A stretch of 64,000 nt of DNA from an uncultured Gammaproteobacteria bacterium (lineage in GTDB: Bacteria; Patescibacteriota; Patescibacteriia; Magasanikbacterales; GWA2-37-8). The notes below the pieces were generated by a model. The model did no database searches and was not told the origin of the DNA. It saw nothing but the letters and a program-made list of their open reading frames with translations. Position numbers and translations under genes: made by a program. This document shows, one piece after another, positions 57,631 to 64,000 of this stretch (position 1 is its first letter; each line of letters opens with the position of its first letter). The stretch covers positions 678,509 to 742,508 of the forward strand of contig CAZQUL010000001.1 of the NCBI GenBank assembly GCA_964596525.1, given 5' to 3'.

Positions 57631-60600
57631 ATGAACAAAACCTTTAAACGTGTAGTGACGAGTGTGGTGGCTTTTGCCATGGCTTTCTCGGTCGCTCCCG
57701 TTGCGTCGCTTGCTGCGATTGATCCGTCCTGCCCGACGCTTAACGCTGGTGACGAAGTGAAAGTCGTTGGTCGTTCGGCCATTTACATCGTTGATTACGA
57801 TGGAAAGATCCGCCCGTTCACGAGCGGTGACATCTACAAGACCTACAAGGCCGCTTATGGCAACTACAAGCTTATTGGCGGTGCTTGTCTCAATTCCTTA
57901 CCGCAACCGAGTCAGTTCCCGTCAATCGTTACCTACCGCCCAGGTGCTGTCGTCGTTCGCTACAGCGCTGACCCGACCGGCCAGCTCTACGTAGTACAAC
58001 CCGGCAACGCTTTGGCCAAGATCTCGCTTGAGAACGCTCGCGTTCTCCACGGAGCCAACTTCCGCGTCCGCGACATCTCCCTCATCGACTGGCCGCACTA
58101 CGTAAATCGCCGCGCCGATGTCACTGGTCCTAAAGTGTACCCCGGCATGACGATCCGCACCCCTTCGACGGGTAGCAAAGTGTGGTACGTCTCCACCATG
58201 AACAAACTCCATGAAGTTTCTCCGTCGGCTTTGGCGGCTAACTTCATTCTCCCTGAATACATCTTCACCGTTCCGGATTCTGCTGTAGCGGGTATGGCCA
58301 TGGGTGATGCCATCACTGGTATCAACCCGATGCTCATGGACCGCACTCAGAGCGGCTTCGCTGCTGATGGTACGTGGGTAGGTGTTGGTGCTAACCCCAC
58401 CACTCCGACTGGTCCGGTTTCCGGTTCCCAGTTGAGCGTCTCGCTCGCCTCGAACAACCCGACGAACTCGACCAACATCCCGGTCGGTACTTCGGCTCTT
58501 GCTCGTACTCTTGATCTCTCCTTCTCGGCTGGTAACGCTGATGTGACCGTCACTGGTCTTAACCTCATGCGCACTGGTCTTTCGGTTGATCAGGACATCA
58601 ACAATGTTTACCTCATGGACGGCAACACCATCATCGCTTCCAACCTTGGAATCTCGAATGGTGTCGTCAACTTCAGCAACCCGAGCGCTGCTGGTCTCTT
58701 CAAGGTTCCTGCTAACGGTTCCAAGAAAATCACCGTTGGCGTGACCATGAACTCGTCTGCTGCTGGTCGCACGATCGGCTTCAGCCTCCAGAACGCTTCG
58801 GCTGTCATGAGCAACGCTTCGGCTGTTTCTGGCTCCTTCCCGATGATGAGCGCTACCTACACTGGTACCTCGCTCACCAACTCCGGTGGCGTCCAGATCA
58901 CCAACTCCTCGGCTGGTCCTTCCAGCCCGGGTATCAGCGTCAACGCTGGCCAGAAGAACTTCACGGTCGGTCAGTTCTCCCTCTTGGGTCAGAACCAGAC
59001 TGTCCAGGTTCGCTCGCTCAAGTTCACCTTGATCGGCTCGGCCAACGCTTCTGATGTTACCAACTTCTCCTTGTGGAATGGTGGTACTCAGATCGGCCAG
59101 ACCGTCGGTGTTGCTAACGGCAATGAAGTGGTCTTCGACCTCTCCACGCTTCCGTTGCAGCTCAACGCTGGTCAGAACGTTGTTCTCACTGTTCGCGCTG
59201 ACATCATGGGTGGCGTAAACCGCTACTTCCAGATGTCGGTACAGCGCAACTACGATGTTGTCGCTCACGACATGCAGTTCAACATGGGTGTGCTCCCGAC
59301 TCTCAACACCGGCAGCTTCCCGATGAACTTGTCCTACGTCAACATCAACGCTGGCAGCTTGACGGTTACTCGCTCGACGAGCTCTCCGTCCACCTACCTC
59401 TTGCCGGGCGGCACCAACCAGACGGTTGCTACGTTCGACATGACTGCTAACGGCGAAGCCGTTCGCTTGACCGCTGCCAACATCGGTCTTACCCTTGGCG
59501 GTACCCTCAACCTTTCTCATCTCTCCAACCTCAAGTTGGTTGATGACCAGGGTCAGCAGATCGGTACCACCCAGTCGACCATCTCGAACACCTCGACGGC
59601 TGCTTCGTACAGCAACCTCAACTACATCATCCCGGCCAACACGACCCGCAAGGTCTCCGTGGTCGTTGATGTATCGAGCTCGGCTGCTGGCACCTTCCAG
59701 GCTACCCTCTCGGGTATGACTGGTCAGGGCTTCACCTCGCTCGCCAACCTCACCATTTCTCAGCAGGCTGGTAACTTGCTTACCGCCAACTCCACGATCT
59801 TGACCGTTGCTGCCAATGGCACTCCGGCCAACCTCGTAACTGGTCAGCCGAATGCTAAGATCGGTTCCTTCACCCTCACGGCTGGTGCTGCTTCGGACGT
59901 TTCCGTCTCGAACATCACCTTGAAGGTCCTTTCCACCAACAGCCCGGCCACCGTCTTCCAGAACTTGAAGATGATGATCGGCAACACGCAGATCGGCACC
60001 ACTCAGTCGACCCTTACCAACGGTACTTCGTACAACTTCAGCCTCTCGCAGCCGGTTACCATCACTAAAGGTGGTCAGCTCGTTGTCGATGTTTACGCTG
60101 ATGTCTTGACGAACAACACCTCGTTCTCCGCTACTGCTCCGGTTGCTATCGCTTCTGGTGGTATCTCCGCCATCGCGACCGCTACCAACCAGTCGGTCAC
60201 GAGCGTTCCTGGTTCGGATGTCAACTCGCTCACCGCCACTGTTACCTCGGCTGGCTCTCTCAGCTACTCGCCGATCAACATGCCGGTTGGCGCTCACGTA
60301 GCCATGGGCCTCACCAACGTCAAGTTGGGCACCTATCAGCTCTCGGCTAGCACCAACGAAGACATCAAGGTTACCGATCTTACCTTGCGTGTCACTTCGA
60401 CCAACTCCAACTCGGTACTTGCTCCGCAGTCGTTCGTTAACTACCGCTTGGTAGCTAACGGCATCACCTACGGTCAGGCTACCAACATCAACGCGAGCGC
60501 TTCCGCTTCGCCGTTCGAATTGGTTTGGTCTGGTCTTAACAACGCTGGCAACTTCCTCATCGTACCGAAAGGCGGTACTGTGAACGTCGATGTCATTGCG

Positions 60601-61314
60601 GATGTTAACACCTGGGATAACCTCCAGTCCGTCTCTGGTCTCCACACCGATCTCTACAACGCCGCTACCGCGGTCCGCGTAGCGACCGTTACGTACCAGG
60701 GCGCTGCTTCCTCGGTGGTTGGTAACGCTACCTCCACTGCTGGTGGCAACACGTTCAACGTCTTCCGCTCCACGCTCAGCGCGGCTGCGGCTAGCTCCAT
60801 CCCTGGCGGCTACTCGACGAACGTGCTCTCGAGCGAAGTCAAGACCAGCGGTTACACCTTTACCGCTGCTGCTCAGGGTGACGCGACTCTCCGCCGCATC
60901 TCCTTCAGCTACTTCTTCACGGGTGTCGTTTCCACGAGCCCGACTGCTACCTACACGATCTACATGACCAACCCGTCGTCGCCTGGTTCCGTTGGCGACC
61001 TCGTAGCTACGGGTACCATCAGTCTTGCTAGCTCGTTCTCGGGTACTGTCACCAACCTCGGCCTTGCTCTTCCGGGCAGCGCCTCGGGTAGCGGTGTGAA
61101 GATCGCTGGTGGTGCTTCGGGTGCTCGCACCTTGATCATTGCCTTCACCGGTACTGCGTTTGAATCCAAACCGAACGTCACCGGTAAGTCTGCTGGTACG
61201 CAGCTCGTCAACTGGGGCTGGGATGACCTCACTCGTGGTGTCACCACTCCGGTCGATGCTGATCCGCAGCTTGTGATCTCGCCGATCAACGGTAACACTG
61301 TTTCCTCGAACTAA
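57631..61314 (+). CDS. Large secreted S-layer-like protein
   Basis: Signal peptide, repeated Ser/Thr/Asn-rich beta-sandwich units, strong C/T-ending codon bias typical of high expression. Confidence 0.75.
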   Translation: MNKTFKRVVTSVVAFAMAFSVAPVASLAAIDPSCPTLNAGDEVKVVGRSAIYIVDYDGKIRPFTSGDIYKTYKAAYGNYKLIGGACLNSLPQPSQFPSIVTYRPGAVVVRYSADPTGQLYVVQPGNALAKISLENARVLHGANFRVRDISLIDWPHYVNRRADVTGPKVYPGMTIRTPSTGSKVWYVSTMNKLHEVSPSALAANFILPEYIFTVPDSAVAGMAMGDAITGINPMLMDRTQSGFAADGTWVGVGANPTTPTGPVSGSQLSVSLASNNPTNSTNIPVGTSALARTLDLSFSAGNADVTVTGLNLMRTGLSVDQDINNVYLMDGNTIIASNLGISNGVVNFSNPSAAGLFKVPANGSKKITVGVTMNSSAAGRTIGFSLQNASAVMSNASAVSGSFPMMSATYTGTSLTNSGGVQITNSSAGPSSPGISVNAGQKNFTVGQFSLLGQNQTVQVRSLKFTLIGSANASDVTNFSLWNGGTQIGQTVGVANGNEVVFDLSTLPLQLNAGQNVVLTVRADIMGGVNRYFQMSVQRNYDVVAHDMQFNMGVLPTLNTGSFPMNLSYVNINAGSLTVTRSTSSPSTYLLPGGTNQTVATFDMTANGEAVRLTAANIGLTLGGTLNLSHLSNLKLVDDQGQQIGTTQSTISNTSTAASYSNLNYIIPANTTRKVSVVVDVSSSAAGTFQATLSGMTGQGFTSLANLTISQQAGNLLTANSTILTVAANGTPANLVTGQPNAKIGSFTLTAGAASDVSVSNITLKVLSTNSPATVFQNLKMMIGNTQIGTTQSTLTNGTSYNFSLSQPVTITKGGQLVVDVYADVLTNNTSFSATAPVAIASGGISAIATATNQSVTSVPGSDVNSLTATVTSAGSLSYSPINMPVGAHVAMGLTNVKLGTYQLSASTNEDIKVTDLTLRVTSTNSNSVLAPQSFVNYRLVANGITYGQATNINASASASPFELVWSGLNNAGNFLIVPKGGTVNVDVIADVNTWDNLQSVSGLHTDLYNAATAVRVATVTYQGAASSVVGNATSTAGGNTFNVFRSTLSAAAASSIPGGYSTNVLSSEVKTSGYTFTAAAQGDATLRRISFSYFFTGVVSTSPTATYTIYMTNPSSPGSVGDLVATGTISLASSFSGTVTNLGLALPGSASGSGVKIAGGASGARTLIIAFTGTAFESKPNVTGKSAGTQLVNWGWDDLTRGVTTPVDADPQLVISPINGNTVSSN

Positions 61315-61356
61315 CCTTTGAGGACAGGTTACTCGCTTGGGTAGCGTAAAAAACCT

Positions 61357-61392
61357 ACAACTCCCGCTTGGTAACAAGCGGGAGTTGTTTTA
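61357..61392 (+). terminator. Rho-independent terminator
   Basis: ACAACTCCCGCTTG / CAAGCGGGAGTTGT followed by Ts. Confidence 0.8.
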
Positions 61393-61599
61393 TAAGGCCA
61401 ACGAGAGAAAGTGTGTCTTGGGTGTTGATTGATTGAAGCTTTGGCGAAAGGTTAGTTTTAGAAAAAGTAGATATCGATCGCAGTTCCGCTTCGCAATATT
61501 TTTATTGTTTTGGTACAAAATACCCTTATTTTAATTGACAGATGCCGCCCCCTTCTTCTACAATACGCCACATCGACGGTTTTTTATTTATCAATCCGT

Positions 61600-63705
61600 A
61601 TGCCCGGTAAAAAATTTTTCGAAGCCTTCCTGCGCGGTCTAATTTACCTCTCGTTCGCTGCGCCGTTCGTCGTTCTGCCGACATCCTTTATTTTTCCCTT
61701 CATCGTACCTAAAACTATCTTTTTCCGTACGGTAGTAGAGGTAATGCTCGGTGCGTATTTGATACTCCTCTATATCAATTTCGAGGAATATCGCCCGCGG
61801 TTTCGCCCTGTGGCGCTGGCCATTACGTTCTTTATGGTCAGTTTTGGATTATCCACCTTCGCCGGCGTGGATGCGTACCACAGTTTTTGGGACAATCACG
61901 AACGCATGCTCGGGTTCTTTACTATTTTGCACTACGGCATTTATGCTGGCATCTTGACGAGCGTCTTGAAGGATTGGAATGCGTGGCGTCGCACGCTTAA
62001 CGTCTTTTTGGGCATGGGCATGGTGGTTATGATGGCGGCGTTCATTCAAGTGCTTAAGCCCGATTTCCTCTTGAACCAAAACAATGCGCGCGTCATGGGA
62101 ACGCTTGGCAATCCCATCTACCTTGGTGGGTACGGACTCTTCTTGGCTTTTGTTGCCGCTCTCTTATTCCTCAAAGATACGCGTGTTGGTGCTAAGGCTG
62201 TGTACAGTATTGCCGCGGTTATGGGTCTTTTGGCCATGTTTTTCAGTGGTACGCGTGGTTCGGTGCTTGGTCTTGCGGTAGCCATCGTTGCCGCCGGTTT
62301 TATGTATCTGGCGGCGTATTGGAAGAATGTTCGCGTGCGTAACGTACTTTTGGCTATTGCTGTCGGATGCGCGATTATTTTCGGTGTGCTGTACGCTTTC
62401 CGTACAACGCCTGCGATTGCGAATTTGCCGGCAGTCGGGCGTGCCCTCAACACGTCGTGGGAAGATATTAAGGCTAGTCCGCGCTACATTGCCTGGACCA
62501 TTGCCATGCAGAGTTTTAAGGAGCGACCTGTTTTCGGCTGGGGTCCGAATAATTACTTCTACGCTTTCAACAAATACTACGATCCAAAATCGCTCAGTTT
62601 CGGCTATGGCGAAACATGGTTCGATAACGCGCATAACATCATCGTCAACACCTTGTCAGTGCAGGGTATTGTTGGTCTGGTGAGTTATGTGGGCCTCTTC
62701 GGCGCTGCGACAGTTATGGCATACCGGGCGTATCGCCAGGGTCTTATCGACCAGCACGTGGCGATTATCGGTGTAGCGTTTTTGGTGGCACATCTAGCGC
62801 AGAATATTACTGTTTTTGAGAATCCGACGTCGTACCTGTACTTCATGGCTTGGCTCGCATTCTTGAATTCCGTAACCATGCGCAAAGCTGTAGTGGAAAC
62901 GCCGGATCGTCCACTGAGCCCGGCGGTTCTTGTCGGGGCTGCACTTTTCAGCGTAATTTCTGTAACTATTTTCAATGTCCGTCCGGCTTCTGCTAACCGT
63001 GGAACGCTCGCGATTCTGCGTTCCATGCAGCAAGCTTCACCTGAAGGTGGCCCTAATAACCCGGGTTACTTCCCGTTCGAGAACATCCGCACACTCTTTA
63101 AGACTCCATCGCCGCATATTGATGACATTAGAAGTGACATTGCCCGGAGCGCGGCAGGTGCGCTGCCGCTTATTAACCAGCAAGCGGGTAAAGAAAAGAA
63201 TATCGAAGCGTATAATCTCATGGTTGATGAGCTGAAAAAGAATATCGAATTGCACCCGCTTGATATTCGCAACCACTTCTTGCTGGCGCAACTCCATCAG
63301 ATTCAGGCCAACATCATGCAAGATGCGAAGTATATGACTGAAGCGGAAAACGTGATGAAGGAAGCTTTGGCCCTTTCGCCGCGCCGCCAGCAGCTCATGT
63401 TTGCGATTGCGGCCGTGCAGGCGCAGACCGGCAAGGTTGATGAAGCTGTTAAGCTCTTGGAGCAAGCGCTTAAGGAAAATCCGGAGATCGGCGAAGCGTA
63501 CTGGCGTTTAGCGCTGGGCTATCAGTTGCAAGGCAATATCAGCGCGGCTCAAGAAGTCCTTATTGAAGCCAATAATCGTTCGTCGACCCTTAAACTCATT
63601 AACGAACAGGATCCGCAACTTCTTGGTCAATTGACTAACGAACTTCTTGTTAAGCCGCTTTCGGCCACGCCGACCCCGGCGACCAGTGCCCCTAAGAAAC
63701 GCTAG
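61600..63705 (+). CDS. O-antigen ligase/O-oligosaccharyltransferase family protein with C-terminal TPRs
   Basis: GTLGNP, SGTRGS, RPVFGWG, DNAHN (Wzy_C), many TM helices, TPR-like tail. Confidence 0.88.
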   Translation: MPGKKFFEAFLRGLIYLSFAAPFVVLPTSFIFPFIVPKTIFFRTVVEVMLGAYLILLYINFEEYRPRFRPVALAITFFMVSFGLSTFAGVDAYHSFWDNHERMLGFFTILHYGIYAGILTSVLKDWNAWRRTLNVFLGMGMVVMMAAFIQVLKPDFLLNQNNARVMGTLGNPIYLGGYGLFLAFVAALLFLKDTRVGAKAVYSIAAVMGLLAMFFSGTRGSVLGLAVAIVAAGFMYLAAYWKNVRVRNVLLAIAVGCAIIFGVLYAFRTTPAIANLPAVGRALNTSWEDIKASPRYIAWTIAMQSFKERPVFGWGPNNYFYAFNKYYDPKSLSFGYGETWFDNAHNIIVNTLSVQGIVGLVSYVGLFGAATVMAYRAYRQGLIDQHVAIIGVAFLVAHLAQNITVFENPTSYLYFMAWLAFLNSVTMRKAVVETPDRPLSPAVLVGAALFSVISVTIFNVRPASANRGTLAILRSMQQASPEGGPNNPGYFPFENIRTLFKTPSPHIDDIRSDIARSAAGALPLINQQAGKEKNIEAYNLMVDELKKNIELHPLDIRNHFLLAQLHQIQANIMQDAKYMTEAENVMKEALALSPRRQQLMFAIAAVQAQTGKVDEAVKLLEQALKENPEIGEAYWRLALGYQLQGNISAAQEVLIEANNRSSTLKLINEQDPQLLGQLTNELLVKPLSATPTPATSAPKKR

Positions 63706-63714
63706 CGTTTCCGT

Positions 63715-64000
63715 ATGGCCACCATACTTGTTACGGGCGGGGCGGGCTTTGTCGGCTCTCACCTTATTGATCGACTCCTCGGCGATGGCCATACCGTGGT
63801 GTGTCTTGATAATTTTTTTAGCGGGCGGCGCGAGAATATTGCGCATCACGCAGGTAATCCGCGGTTCTATCTGGTTAAGCACGATGTCCGTAAACCGATC
63901 CGATTGCCGGTAGCGACGCTTGATCGTATTTATCATCTGGCATGTCCGGCCTCACCCGTGCAGTACCAGTTTGATCCGGTGGCCACGCTTGAGACGAGTG
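63715..64000 (+). CDS. UDP-glucuronate decarboxylase-like NAD-dependent SDR, 3'-truncated
   Basis: Own translation (not in the ORF track): [22 protein letters not shown]...DNFFSG...[13 protein letters not shown]. Confidence 0.9.
   Translation, partial: MATILVTGGAGFVGSHLIDRLLGDGHTVVCLDNFFSGRRENIAHHAGNPRFYLVKHDVRKPIRLPVATLDRIYHLACPASPVQYQFDPVATLETS

Noticed and set aside
57922-61377. 1151-aa antisense ORF opposite the S-layer-like gene
   Set aside because: Shadow frame: the sense gene's codon bias avoids TTA/CTA/TCA, which removes antisense stops; no protein-like motifs.
1-64000. CRISPR array, rRNA or alternative genetic code
   Set aside because: No regularly spaced repeats or rRNA-like sequence seen; conserved genes are full length in code 11 and TGA serves as a normal stop.

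Overview
Ordinary chromosomal DNA of a Patescibacteria/CPR bacterium. The giant Cys-rich surface protein, DxDxDG membrane proteins, DUF5667 anti-sigma factor and S-layer-like protein point to the ABY1 group (Magasanikbacteria/Uhrbacteria-like); this placement is an inference. The window runs from a partial giant adhesin and three Ca-repeat membrane proteins through ybeY-dgkA-ftsA-ftsZ-nrdR-pyk and glyA. Next come a small polysaccharide locus (BcsB-like protein, response regulator, CESA-like GT2, frameshifted ManC) and a ~16 kb stretch rich in stand-alone orphan and lipoprotein genes, which also carries elp3 and a Trm9-like methyltransferase. The rest holds two FN3 paralogs, tRNA-Val(TAC), a PP2C phosphatase, an ECF sigma/anti-sigma pair and an S-layer-like gene followed by glycosylation genes. 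I saw no CRISPR array, rRNA, integrase, transposase or reverse transcriptase. The most notable observations are: (1) orphan genes have strong Shine-Dalgarno sites and their own promoters, while most core genes are SD-less; (2) seven orphan lipoproteins, one with a MYXO-CTERM-like tail; (3) a palindromic element that occurs both between genes and in-frame inside elp3; (4) an Elp3 + Trm9-like pair, suggesting eukaryote/archaea-type mcm5U34; (5) a Pth-fold protein lacking the catalytic residues; (6) a highly structured S-layer 5' leader. All calls come from reading motifs by eye; no searches were run.
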